Source of the DNA: Amoebidium appalachense
Lineage: Eukaryota; Protista; Ichthyosporea
DNA: 64,000 bases
Direction: 5' to 3'
Assembly: GCA_963693365.1 (NCBI GenBank)
Contig: CAVNZM010000003.1
Span: 7,311,312 to 7,375,311, forward strand
Shown here: positions 27,134 to 40,408 of the stretch, one piece after another
Layout of the letters: each line of letters starts with the position of its first letter
Position numbering within the stretch: the first letter of the stretch is position 1
Translations under genes and position numbers: made by a program
Notes under the pieces: generated by a model
Seen by the model: the letters and a program-made list of their open reading frames with translations, nothing else
What the model was told of the DNA's origin: nothing
Database searches by the model: none

Positions 27134-29020
27134 TCAACGGGCCACTAGCAGTCTCTTTCTGATCGCCTCCTCGAGGGCCGCAACAGCCAGCCTCGTTTGT
27201 TTCGTTTGTTGCTCCTTCTCAGGTTCCTCAGGGGTAATGCATCCGGACCCATTAGCATGCACCGTGACCGAACCAAGTCCAATATTGGGGCACGAAGCCA
27301 GGGCCGATATGTCGATATTGGGTGAATCGATCGATACCTCGCACAGGTTTTTGTGGCCCGCAAACTCTTGCAGCGTGCCCAATTTATCAACACAACGGAG
27401 GCTGAGGGATTGGATGGTGGGTATCTGGGCCAGAACACTTATGTCCTCCAATTGGGGGCAAGAGTGCAGCTTTACATGGGTTAGCGCTCCGGCGGTGGCA
27501 GGCACACTACCGAGTGAACGAAGTGACGCGCACCGATATATATCCAGGCTCTTCAGGTTTGGGCAGTTGATCGGAAATAGTGTGGTGCCGTCGCCATGCC
27601 ACAACGCGAGGCGTGTGAGAGAGGTGGGCGGGCGGACACGGCACATGTCGGTAACATAAGTTGGAATATGCAGATCTTCTAGTGCGTTGCAGTGTACAAG
27701 AAATGAGGCGTATGGGTCGTTTGTGAGTGTGGTGCAGTACAGATCTAACTCCCTGAGGTGCTTGTGTGGCGAAGATAACTTGATGCTTGCCAGGTTACTC
27801 GCTTCCTTTAGGCATAGGAAAGAAAGGTGGGGGAGGTCATCCAAGGAAACTCGTTGCCTGCCACAGCGCCGTCCGTGGGTTCCCAATCACAATTACTTAA
27901 CGTGACACGCCTGAGTGCTCTGAAGTGTGAGAGAGCATCAAGCCGTATGTTCTTACCATCCGAAATTGAAAGCTGTGTCAGTGTTTGGGCCGATAGAAGC
28001 GACATAGATGACAGTGTGTCCATGGGTTGGGGCTTATATCCAAACAAGAGCTCAAGCGACTCCAAGTGCTGTGATTGGAAAACGGGAAGCGCAGTCGGAC
28101 ACGTATTGGAGTTGGTGTCCAGGGAGACACGGCGTAGGCGGGGACACGGCGCCAACATATCCGCATTCACCCTCCGGTCCACGTCTACCGTTATTACCTC
28201 CAGGTTAGGCAGATAGGGGATCACCAGCACGCCCTCGTCATGATGTCTGTCATAAGGACACTCGCACACATAGACATGGGTGAGGTTAGGGCACGCCTGC
28301 AACTGTGCCAGGTTGAATGTTGCCATCGTGGGCACCATTATTGAGTCGCTATCCGCCACTTCGAGTGTTATGCGCCGAAGGTTTGGGCACGCGGTGAGGA
28401 GGTTTTCCAGCAGCACACCGTTGCCGGAAAACCAAAGCTCGAGTTGCATCAACCTGCCATGCTGTGTGAATGGTGGATAGTGGAAATCTTTAAGGTTGGA
28501 GACGATCACCGCCAAATCTTCCATCTGCGTGCAACGCTCCACACCTTCCCGACGATTCCCCCATCTCTTCTTAAAAATCTCTCTGTCACCCATGGACCCG
28601 AAGTTAAGCGTAACAGCCCGCAACTTGCGTCCGACGGTTTCGATCAACGACGTGATGTGATGTTCCCAGAATATGTCCAGATCTTCTGTCCATGTCACGT
28701 GAAGACGCACCAAATGTGGAAGTAGCAAAATCTGGCGGAAAGTAGACAGAACTTTCTCCATGTGCTGCTCACGCATGCTGTTTAACCGATCGACGTCCAT
28801 CATCACTGCACCGATTGCCGCATGCCACGGTGCCGATTTTGCCAACTTGTCCACCATCACCCCACCACGAAAGGACATAGACACCAGACCGGCCTGGGGG
28901 ACCGTGCGAGGGCGCAGAGGCGGCGGCAGACCAGCGAAAGGGTCTTGCGGTCGGCCAACCGCAGAAAACGAATGATGTGGGTGATGAGCTCGGGGGGGAG
29001 GGCCAGGAGGGGACTATGCT
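27134..29020 (-). pseudogene. F-box/LRR protein split by two frameshifts (pseudogene or assembly indels)
   Basis: F-box (LLALPPELITHIIRFLRLADRKTLSLVCRRLCALA, ~28900-29015) is in a different frame from LRR ORF 27808-28884 (CPNLRRITL, CPNLTHVYV, CPRLRRVSL), which shifts again into LRR ORF 27134-27886 (LRELDL, CPNLKSLDIYRC). Confidence 0.75.
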
Positions 29021-29978
29021 CTGCGGGTACCCACACGTGTTAGACACGGGTGGTTGGGTTGGGCACAAAAGCGGTGGGCACAGACCCTGCAAAAACTAAA
29101 GCAACATCCCTGCTTCTGAGATCAGCTCCCCCCCCCCCCTCCCCCTCCCCCCCCCCCCCCAAAAAAAACCCTCCTTCCCTTTCCCCTCGTTCCCCCACGG
29201 CTTTGGGAAGGGTGCGGGGAGAGGGGGGACAAGAAGAAGAAACTTTGATTCTCTGTGTGTGTGCCATTGCGAGAGATTGAGCGGGCAGATGGCAGAGAGA
29301 GGGGTGGGAAACGGAGAGGGAGAGGGGGTGGAAGAAAGAGCAACGGCAAGTGGGGAGGGGGGGAAGGGGGGGAGGGAGGGACAAAACCAGAAATTAAACC
29401 TTCGGGAAAAAAAGGGGGAAGGGGGGGAGGGGGGGGGGGGGTGTGAGTAGAGGCAGAAGACACTTAAACAGAGCACTAGCGGGGCTCCCGTGCCTACACA
29501 ACAGAACACATCTCAACTCTAACCACTTGCACGTGCATCCCAACCCATCGCAAAAAGGCGGGGAGGCACCGGGGAAAGGGGGGGGGGGGGGGGGAGAGGG
29601 GGTGGGGAGGAGGGAGGGGGGGCTGTGGTAGATAGAAAGCAGTGCAAAGATGCACACCGAAAACATGCTGCAGGACACATACCGACAGGCCACATACCGG
29701 AAGGCCAACGAACAGGAGAACATGAACATGAGATTCTAAAAGCGAACGTAAAATTCTGCATGCCACATGTTTAACATATTGAGCAGGAATAAGAGAGTGC
29801 AATCCTGCCAAGTGCTAAACAGTTTTGCATTTCACTTCCTGCACCAAGGGTGCATGTGTGCATGCGTGCGTGAGTGGGTGCGTGTGTGTTTGTGTGTGAA
29901 GTGTGTTTGTGTGTGTGGTGGTGGTGATGGCGGTGGTGGTGGTGGTGGTGGTGGTGGGGGGGGGGGGGGGGGGGGGAT

Positions 29979-30009
<31 letters not shown>

Positions 30010-31430
30010 AGAGGGGGAAGAGTGTGGTAAAGTGGGGCACAGTCCTTCATAAAAAGAGGAAGAACAGAACGGTGTTCTGCATTGTTTGGGCGGGGCAAAC
30101 CGCACCAACCAAATGGCACAAGGTAAGAGAAAACGACCAGAGACGGAGACACACACAGAGACATCATTAAATAGAGAGCGCGAACTCGTTAGTTAACACG
30201 TCAAGGGGAGCAAGGAGTGAGGGTGGCTGGGCGGGGAGGGAAAATTGACTCACCTGCCCTCGTTGGGGCGTGGGTTCGTAGCAACATGGTGGCCGTCAGG
30301 TGGCAAAGGAATTTTGTTACAGTGGCGTGAAGTAAACAGCGTGAAGGTAGAATGAGGCGTGCTCTGTTAATCGGGCACGAGAGCCCCAACTTCAGTCAGG
30401 TGTGTGTTTTGAACAAAAGGTGAACCGACAGTGGCAAGTGTTCCGCGCGATCCGGACTGGAGGAATCCGATTTGAATTTATAACCATATATGGTTGCTAA
30501 TGGAATGTAAGGATTGGTCTATGATCACGGGCGGCGCGTCTGCCGTGAGCACGGCCCTCTGGAACACCGTCCTTGGTGCCGATCGTCACTCGTGAGCCCG
30601 GCACAATCCAGCGGTATGTAAATGGTGCACGATCGCTATTGCCCACCGCCCCACTACCTATATGTATGACGCGGCCGGAGCAGTGTATACCTTGCCCTTT
30701 TTTTTGTTCGTGGCCGTGCCAACACAAACATTCACATAGTAACAAAACATAAAACACACCAAAAAGCACTTATCTAGGTACACTTTTGAAAGACGGGCCA
30801 CCTATTTATACTAACACCTTTGTTTCCTTTGGAGCTTACACATACACCCACTGCTTTAGTCTAACTATATATATCCCATGGGGCCGGTCGAACCGAGATC
30901 TCCCTCGCCACTGCTTGTTGAAAAGGAGCACCGGTGTTTAAGAACGGTATCTCTGGTTGTGGTGGTGGTGGGTGGGGGCGGAGGGGTGTGTGTGTGTTGG
31001 GGGGGGGGGGGGAGGGGGGGAAGGGGCGGGGAGGAAGAAGTCTTGGTAGAAGGACCAAAAGCGAAATTCCAACATAAGAGGTGCTGAGGGGGAAACTAGT
31101 TGAAAGCGGAAAAAAAGAGCGCCAGCGACACCCCAGCTGCCAGCTGAAGGGGAAAGAATGGGGCGGGAGGGAAAAGCGGGTCGATGGGAGAAGGTAGGGA
31201 TAGAGAGTGAGAGGGCGGGGAGGGGGGGGGGGGGAGGGGGGAGAGAGAGAGAGAGAGGGAGAGGGAGTGAGAGAGGGGAGAGAGAGCTCGAGGGGGGAGA
31301 GCGAGGGAAAGTAGACGGAGAGAGGGAGAGAGGTGTGTGAGGGAGGGATTTCAACTAACTCGGAGAGAGAGCATGGGTGGACTCCTCGGAGAGGGAGAAG
31401 GGGAGACTCTCTCACATACACAGAGAGAAA

Positions 31431-31474
<44 letters not shown>

Positions 31475-31575
31475 GAAGGCCCCAGGAGGGATCCGGAGAG
31501 AGACTCAAGAAGTGACAGCCTTTCAAGTCGATATGTAGGACCATGCTTATATTCGTGTGCACCCGTACGCCGGGT

Positions 31576-31649
<74 letters not shown>

Positions 31650-33027
31650 AATCACTGGGGTTAAGGTAAAAGAGGTGCTGGCCTGGATGGAGTTGGGGGG
31701 AGACGATTTGACCGATAGAAAAGGAGAGATCAAATAGGGCCACAGCAGTGAGAGGGGGGAGACAGAGGGACAAACAGAGAGAGAGAGAGAGACGGAGGGG
31801 GACAGAGGGAAAGGGGACCGGGGTGTAGCTCTAGAGAAGAGGAGAAGCTGAGCTGCCGGGTGGCGCTCCGCCTATGTTATCACCGTGACCGTCGGCTGCC
31901 AGAATATACAACAATAGTGCACGAGTTGGCATATGCATTTCGCACGCACGTGCACAGCACGATTCTTCATTAGTTGCACATATTTGGTTTACACAGGTTG
32001 CACGAGCACATAGCATACATAGTTAGGTACGATCGTTTATTTGTGCTTTACCTCCCTTTATTTCATAAGCATGTCCGGCATGCTCTTGTTTGCCCTCTGT
32101 TATTCATTAGGCACGTGTGGTATTCATAGTTTGTTTAGCTATTGGCGATAGCGAGAGGAAAGGACGCATCCGACGATTGCTGTGCATGCTTTTCATGTTT
32201 TCTGTGTAGTCGGCTGCGGTTGGACCGTATGAGGGGAATGCAGTTTGATTTCCGTTCATGTACGTGTCGTTATATAATTGGTCAGAGTTATAGCATTCAT
32301 AGTATTTGCCAATCAGATGCGCAAATACCTTTGGATAGATCTGTATTCATGGAATCTGCCTGCGGCAGATAAATAGGTGAGAGTCGAGCATAATAAATTA
32401 GACGTAGATTGACAGAACATGCAACTGTGTTTCTACCTCTCCACACTACCCTCTCTGTTAGTGCTGTGGCATCGTGCATTGCCCAGCACCACTCCGCACG
32501 TGTTTATGCATGTTAGTTTAGTGGCCTGATCACCCACGTATACTCTCATTCATATGCATGTGTGCCCAGGTACGTGTTAGTTGTAGTGTGTACACTCTGC
32601 TAGTCAGGCGAGAATAGTAGGGACTTTTGCTGTAAGTCAGCACTTTTCTTGCATCGGCGAGCAAGAGCACACTGGTTTCGAAACAGGTTACGAAAACGGA
32701 CAGCCGGCCTACTTGCATGGCAGATGCATAGGGGTCTCAGAAGAAAAGAAAGAAACGTGTGAAAGCTAGGGGAGATGGTTGAGTGGTTACGACGTAAAAG
32801 GCAGAACCACGAACGACATAACTCCCTAGCCACATCCGCAAGCATCGGCAAAATATCCACAGGCTAGTACTACTATACCAACTCTAGATCTATTAAAAGA
32901 ACGTGCGTGTGGACTTTTTGAGATGCCCTGGACTTTTTCTTTTTGTTCCTTCCGTGCTTTTTGGCGGGGAGGCAAGGCCCGGGGCGGGGGGAGGGGGGGG
33001 GGGAGGGGGAGGAGGGTGTGTGTGTGT

Positions 33028-33066
<39 letters not shown>

Positions 33067-33350
33067 GGGCGGGGGAGGGGAAGCCAACCCGGGTCTGGAG
33101 ACATAACAGACAGGAAGAAGGAGGAAGGTGAGGGAAAGAGAATCACTTCAAGCATAGAATATGCCGTTGGTGGTGGGGCGAGAAGCAAGCTCTATAGCAC
33201 CGATACAAGCGGTACGCAACCAGTCTGAACGAAGTTGGCCATGGTAGCCTCGCAGGGACCTCAAAAAAGAGGCGTAGCAAGGGAGGGAGGGGCGGGGGGG
33301 GGGGGGGGGGGGGGGGGGGGGAGGGGGGGGGGGGGGAGAGGAGGGTTGGG

Positions 33351-33384
<34 letters not shown>

Positions 33385-34166
33385 GAGGATGAAGCCAATA
33401 GTCGCAAACCCCCAACAACATCCACAAGCCTGGAATGATGATGGCACGGCACTAACATGGCGCTCTCCTATGATGCGTTCTGACCCCTTCGGGGCCCCTT
33501 CGTGTTTCTCGCCCATGCTGTACCCCAGCAACCTAATCTGAAAGGCGTTGGCAAACCTCGAGGGCCGATGACCCCGTCAGCAGTAGAATCTCTAACTGTT
33601 AACGTAATTAGGTTGCATACAAAAACGTCTGTATATTTCCTATGGGCCACCGCAGCTGTCAGTATGTTGTGTTTTGTTACCTCGTACTGTTATGTTTCGA
33701 TCGATCTGCACCATTACCGTTCGATTTGATGACGTGGCACTCACTAATTCTCTGCGCTGAGGCTGTGCGCAGGGGATATTGATGCTACCAAAATGTAAGG
33801 GTGTTACTAAAAATAGAATTTTCGAGACGGCCGTGGTCTGCTCCGCCGGGGGTGGGGCATGCCAGGAGCTACTACTAGAGAGAAGGGGGGGGTATGATTG
33901 GAGGGGGGGGTGTTCAGCTAACCTTATATGGATAAAGCAAAGTTACAAGGATTCAAGCCATTGGTTGGGCAAGACCCCTTTTGCCGAATATGGATAACAG
34001 ATCATACACTGCTGTAGGCGGCGGTCAGGAATTGGCGCGCTCTTTACTGGTCACAACCAGTCCGGGAAGGCCATGAGCAGCATTGCCGAGCACACTGGAA
34101 TACGGGAATGTTTGCGGTAACGTAGTCGCACTAGGGGGGCAGGGGGCCAGGCCCCAAGTGTTTAAA

Positions 34167-35564
34167 ATGAAGCCAGGCTGCCCTAAGGGCACAACACAGC
34201 GCCCTGGGCATAAAACAGGCGGAGCTAGGGAGGGAGCTGGGCGCAAAAAAAAAGATGCTGCATTTGTTCAGCCTTTAGCGAACTTTGCAGGTTTTGGGAC
34301 GGCAAACAAAGCTGTTTTGCAGGAACTAAACGTAAACGTACAACCCGAACAGCCCCCTCTATCTAAGGCCGCCGACATAAGGGCCCGTGTAGTTGAGGCA
34401 GGTAGCGTCCATTCGTTACCAAGAGAAATGGATCGGGCCCCTGCTCCACACCCACCAGACATACAGGTGCAACCCGACGAGGAACCTTTGCTAAATGCAG
34501 CAGCAGATGCGTACCGGGTAGACGAGGATGAAGGGGAGGAAGAGGGAGAAGATAATACGGACGGGGATGACGGTGGAGAGGAGTTTTCTGACGCGGCGGG
34601 CGAAACAATCAAGTCGCACCTGCACACAGTGAAAGAGAGTCTCAAAGATGAGAAGACGCCTGTGGGGTGGCATCTTCCACCTCCCATTATAGGCTTTAAA
34701 TTTGGGGGCGATCCAGCGCCTTTCTACAAACCCAGATGTTTTGCCTGGCTTCCGGAAAGGTTGTCTCCCGGTTTCATGGTGCCGTGCCCCTTCGATGATC
34801 ACTACGTGGACCCCCACAACCACCCCAACCCACACCGTACTTCTCGCAATGGGTTCATGAGCAACCCCGTAGGACGGCGTGTTATCGACTTTGACAGCTG
34901 CTACTACATTATCACGGCCCGGTACTTTTGTGACACATGCAAAAAAAACTTTGCCGGCACAAACCCCCAGACAATTAAACGCCTTCCACTCTTCATGCGT
35001 GATCAGTTTCCGGCCTACCTTAGCCACCGCAGTGGGCTCGACCTAAAGGTGGTAACATTGTTGCGTGCACTGGCAGACAAAGGTGTGGGCCCAAACGCCT
35101 TTGCCACCCTCCTCTCGGAGCTCCACAAGCAGCGATACGACGAGCAGCGGCTCCTGTATTACTCGAGGGCGCTGCATTGGACCAAGTATGAACTCAAAAA
35201 GCGTAACGATTTCCGCCCCCACGACCAGCGCCTGACAGAACTTCCCCCAGAGGAGCAGGCGGCTAAGTTCTCGGCGTTTGGTGACAAAAATGGTTACGCT
35301 GGACATGTGCCTTCAGGCAAGTGTGCACTGCATTTTGGGTGTGTAAATGGTCCCCATTGTTTTGTATGCACGTGCTTGGGCATTTTTTGGGTTGGCTTGG
35401 TAGGGTTTTGTCTTATTATTTTTTATTTTTTTTTTAGGGGGGGGGGGGGGGGACTTGGAAATGGGTTTTGGAAGTGTGGTCAATAAGTTTCTATTATGGT
35501 GGTGGTGGATGTGTGGTGGTGGATGTGCGCCTGTGAGTGTGCGTGTACTTGTGGGTCCGTGTGT

Positions 35565-35595
<31 letters not shown>

Positions 35596-35687
35596 GGGGG
35601 GGGGGGGAGGGGGAGGGGGACATGGTGATGGATTAGGTGGTGGTGGTGGCAATCAGTCATGGTGGTGGTGGTGGTGGTGGTGGTGGT

Positions 35688-35723
<36 letters not shown>

Positions 35724-35872
35724 GGGCAGAGGGATCATCAGAGGGGTGAAAGCATAACGGTCCATGTACCAGTGAGTGTGCTTGGGAAATCGTGGAGAAC
35801 TGTTATGCCTGAAATTAGATGGTGGGTGTGCGCATGTGTGTCTGTGTGTGTTGGGGGAAAGGAGGTGGAGAG

Positions 35873-35926
<54 letters not shown>

Positions 35927-36110
35927 GGGCACATGGTGGTAGACTGGATCTTGGTGGCGGTACTTAATGGTTATTATAGTAGTGGCAGGAGGGTGTGGGG
36001 GGAAGGGCAAACGGACGTGCAGGGGACAAACTGCAGATGGGGCACAAAGGGGAAAGAAGGTGAAAGTTGGTGCAATGACTTGGAGGGTTTGCGCGCGCCG
36101 GGAGGCGGGG

Positions 36111-36147
<37 letters not shown>

Positions 36148-36838
36148 AACGGCCGGAGATGGGTGTGTAGCGTTTTTGAGATGGGAAAAGCCATACAGAC
36201 TTACGAAAATACAGAGAGGTGAGATGAACACGAGGGACTAGAGGGAATGGGGGGGATGGTCCTGATGGGAGGGTGGTGGAGTTCTAACAGTACTTGGGGT
36301 TCAGGCAAATACCTGAGTGCCGTGTATACTGAGTTCAGCGACCGCACGGCAAAGTACCAGAGCCTGGACACGCAGCTCAAGCCCGTAAACAACGTGCTCA
36401 AGGCCGACCACACCTTCCAAATTGGGAAGCTCACCGGCATCAATGGGGAGCCTCTGTACCGAGGCCTATGGACTTGTGTAAACGAGCTTGGCGGTGTGTG
36501 GTCCCTCCTCTTCTCCCCCCTCCCCCCACTCTCCCCCAGGCCCCCTCTCCCCCCTCCCCCCCCCCCCACACACGCCCACCCCCCCCCCCCCCACACTCAC
36601 ACACACACGCCCCCCTCCCCCCCCCTCCCCCCCCCTCCCCCCTCTAGGGCCTTTAAATCTCTTAGGCTCCACATTTAATGAGGTGGCACACTGTGAGTAG
36701 AGGTTTGTAGTATGTGGGTTTTGGGGACAATTCTTGCCCTGTCGAGCAAAAACTAGGAAGCTCCAGATATGTGTGTATGTGTTTTTGCTGGGTAGAGATT
36801 GGGGTGGGCTGGGGTGGAGCTTTCTTTTGGCGGGGAAT

Positions 36839-36897
<59 letters not shown>

Positions 36898-38515
36898 AGC
36901 TTCTGCCAAGCAGAATGGGAGTAGGGGCCAGTGATTGCAAGGGATGCAGGGGGGGGGGGGGGGGGGGGGGGGGGAGAGACACCACCGTCGGGGTTGAAGG
37001 TAGAGAGGGCAAGAGGCCCGGGGTGGGGTGGGGGGGGGGGGGGGGGGACAGTAGGTGCCATATGGAGGGCTGTCCCATGGTTTGGGGGGAGGGGGAGTGG
37101 GGAAGGATCGTGGGCACATGGGTTTGGGGGGAAGGCAGAGAGGGGGAAAGGATTGTGATCACAAGGGTTTAGGGGGAGGAAGGGGGAAGGATTGTAGGTA
37201 CATGGGTTTAGGGGGGAGGGGGGGGGGGGAAGATTTTGGGGGAAAGGGAGGCCTGGGGAAAGTATGTGGGCACATGGGTTTGGGGGGAAGGAGGGGGAAG
37301 GGTTTTGGGGGAGAGGGAGGGGAAAGTATGTGGGCACATGGGTTTGGGGGGAGGGAGGGGGAAAGGATTGTGTGGGCACTGAAGTCTCGTGAAGGGCCAT
37401 GTGGTAAGGGAAGCTAGAACATGCATGGCTGCTCGGAGATGCCCTCTCACACAGTGCGGCACCCCAGAGATCCGGGCGCAGGTATTTACACGGGACTGCA
37501 GCCACCAGGAGATTGAGCCCGTGATCCAGCGCATCTCTGCCACCACGGCGGCGCTCAACAGCAAGGGCCCGGCCTTCTTCTACACAGATCGGTGCTGCCA
37601 AGACCGGGCGTTTGTTGAGCGCATGTTTCCAACCCTAGCCCGGCCAAAATGCCCCGTCCGTCTGAACGAGGCTGCGCTGGTAAGCGTGACGGACGGTCTG
37701 CCTGGGCTGGAGCTGCCGGCCAACTACCCTAAGCCGGTGTACACCGACTGCCAGGGGGCGGTGGTGGCTACAGCGGCCATTCGTGCCGACCTGGAGGGGC
37801 AGCAGCACCGCGTGGTGGGGCTGGACTGCGAGTGGGTCTATCGGGTGGGCCAGGCGCGGTCCAAGGTTTGCACGCTGCAGATTGCCACCGCACGGGCCGT
37901 GTACATCTTCCACTTGGCACGCATGGGCCCCAACCACAGCCCGCCCGCGCGGCTGGTGGACGAGCTGATTGCGCTGCTTAGGGACCCCAGCATCATCAAG
38001 GTGGGCAAGCAGATCGGCACGGACTCGGCCCACCTCAACAAGGACTACGGCACCCCTGTGGCCAGCTATCTGGAGCTGGGCCGGTTCTGCTATGCCCGTG
38101 CAGCTATCACCTCTGCGGCCCGGGGCTTGGCCGACATCACTGCCCAGGTCATAGGCAAGAAGCTGCCCAAGCCGGCACTTGTTCGATGCTCCAACTGGCA
38201 CGAGCCGCTATCAGAGGTGCAGGCCACCTACGCTGCCCTTGATGCATATGCGTCCCTGCAGGTCTACTCGGCCGTGGTCGATAGGCCAAACCTGTCAGGT
38301 GTGTATCCCACCTGCTTTTTGCCCCAGTGCTTATGTGCTTATGCCAGATATAGAAAGATTGTGGGCCCCCCAGAGGGAGAGGGGGAGGGGGGGAGGGGAG
38401 GGGGGGGGGGGGGGGGGGGGGGTGGCTGACCACATGGGCCAGTGTTCCAGTTGTGTTATGCTGGGTGTCGGGTGGCTATCAAAGGAGGGGGGTGATTGGT
38501 GGTGGTGGTGGTGGT

Positions 38516-38551
<36 letters not shown>

Positions 38552-39602
38552 CTATAGCACTGTTAACACGTGCAAGTGCCACACAAGCTGGGCACTGGGA
38601 GAGGGGGGGGGGGGGGGAGGGAGAAGGGGGGGGGGGGGGGGGGGGGGGGGGAAGGGGGTTGCTAAGGAATATGCATTTGATTTTTGTGGAGCGAAGAGAA
38701 AAACGTTGGTGCTGTGGCTTTTTGGCTGAGTTTTTTGCTTCCCTCTATGACATGCAGCGCGGCTTCATGCAAAGGCACTCGGTGAAGGGGTTGAGATTGT
38801 GCCCCGGCGGGGCCCACATGCTGCAGCAGCCACCGGGGTGGTGCTGGCTGTGCAGCCGGAGCGCTGGGGGGGCATGAAGGTGGGCAAGAAGCATGCTGTG
38901 GTGCGGGTGGATCAGGTGCTGTCGCCGGCCATGCAGGTGCCCTTTGGCCCCGACAAGGGCAAGACCCTGGGAGAGCTGGGCCCGCCGCCCTTTGAGCTGA
39001 TGGTGCACCTGCAGTGGCTACGGCCCATTCAGCCCCCACCGGACCCAGGTGCCGAGGTGCCGGTGGTCCCTGACCCAGCCCCTCCCCCTGCCAGTCCTCC
39101 CCCTGCCGAGCAGCAGCAACCCCTTGCCGGCCCACAGGCACCCCCCCAGGACCCCCAGGCAGCCCCGGGGGGCCTTGAGGCAGCCCCAGGGGGACCCGAG
39201 GCAGCTCCCAGAGAGGGCATGTTGGGCCAGGCACCGCCTGGGGAGGTGGTGTGGCAGACTGTGCTGAATGACGCCTTCCACTCCATTGCAAACACGGCGG
39301 ACGGCACGTACAAGTCACACCCCCGCAGGGCTGAGTACGCACGCGCACTCAGCGAGGCAATATTTGTGTGGAATGAAGAGGATTACGGACATGTGAAGGT
39401 GCCCCCCCCCCTCCCCCCCCCCCAAAATAAAAAATAAAAAATAAAAATAAAAAAAACGGCAACAACAACATGCGTGACTGACGCGCACACACACATACAC
39501 TCGTTAGCACACACTCACCATTCCACCCACAACCATGCACACCTTCGACAAAACTTCTGAGGGAAGAGAGAGAGCCTGAGCCTCAGAGAGAGGGGGGGGG
39601 AA

Positions 39603-39651
<49 letters not shown>

Positions 39652-40233
39652 GGGGGGGAGGAGAGTGGGGGTTATTCATATGCCTAGAGAGAAATAATGT
39701 AGGGTTGTGGGGGGAAATAGCCACATGCATTTTTTACTTGTGTTGGGGGAGAAGATGGGGGGGGTGGAGGGGAGGGGTCCTACAATAACGGCAGGTATCA
39801 AAGTCTACCAAACCCAAATTGCAGTGTGCGTAGTAAATTAATATTGGCATCCTGCCTCACAGGGGGTGCTGGAGCAGAAGGGCATCGACATTGAAACCGA
39901 GCTCAAGGGCGGCGACCTGAGCTACTTCATGGAGCGCATCCGGCGGGTTATTCCCGACCCATACACGCTGGTCTCGCGGCTGGTGGAGTTCAAAAACACC
40001 TACAAGGATGTGCCGCCCGGACCGGATGGCAAGCCTCTGTTCAAGAAGGATGGCTTTGAAAGACTCGAGGCAACATCCCCCCCCCCCCCCCCTCCCCCTG
40101 CAGGCGCCCAACAACTCCACCACCACAGAAAAGATTCTTCGCTTATTTGTCATCCTTGGTTCATCTGCACACACACGCACACCCTAGCCTCCCCCCCCCC
40201 CCCCCCCCCCCCCCCCAAACATACACACACACA

Positions 40234-40299
<66 letters not shown>

Positions 40300-40377
40300 C
40301 CCGCACGGCCCTTGCTGCCTAGCCAGTTGTTTTTTGCCTTTCCCTGCTCGTTTTTTTCCTTAGCAACCCCATCCCCC

Positions 40378-40408
<31 letters not shown>

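Noticed and set aside
27860-27898. 39-nt intron repairing the LRR frameshift (GTAATT...GGCAG)
   Set aside because: Its length is a multiple of 3, so it cannot change frame.
37810-38270. Transposon exonuclease captured from the nearby RRP6 gene
   Set aside because: Its motifs (GLDCEW, LQIAT, KVG, SNW) are WRN/EXD2-type, not RRP6-type (HGADWD, ADWRIRPL).
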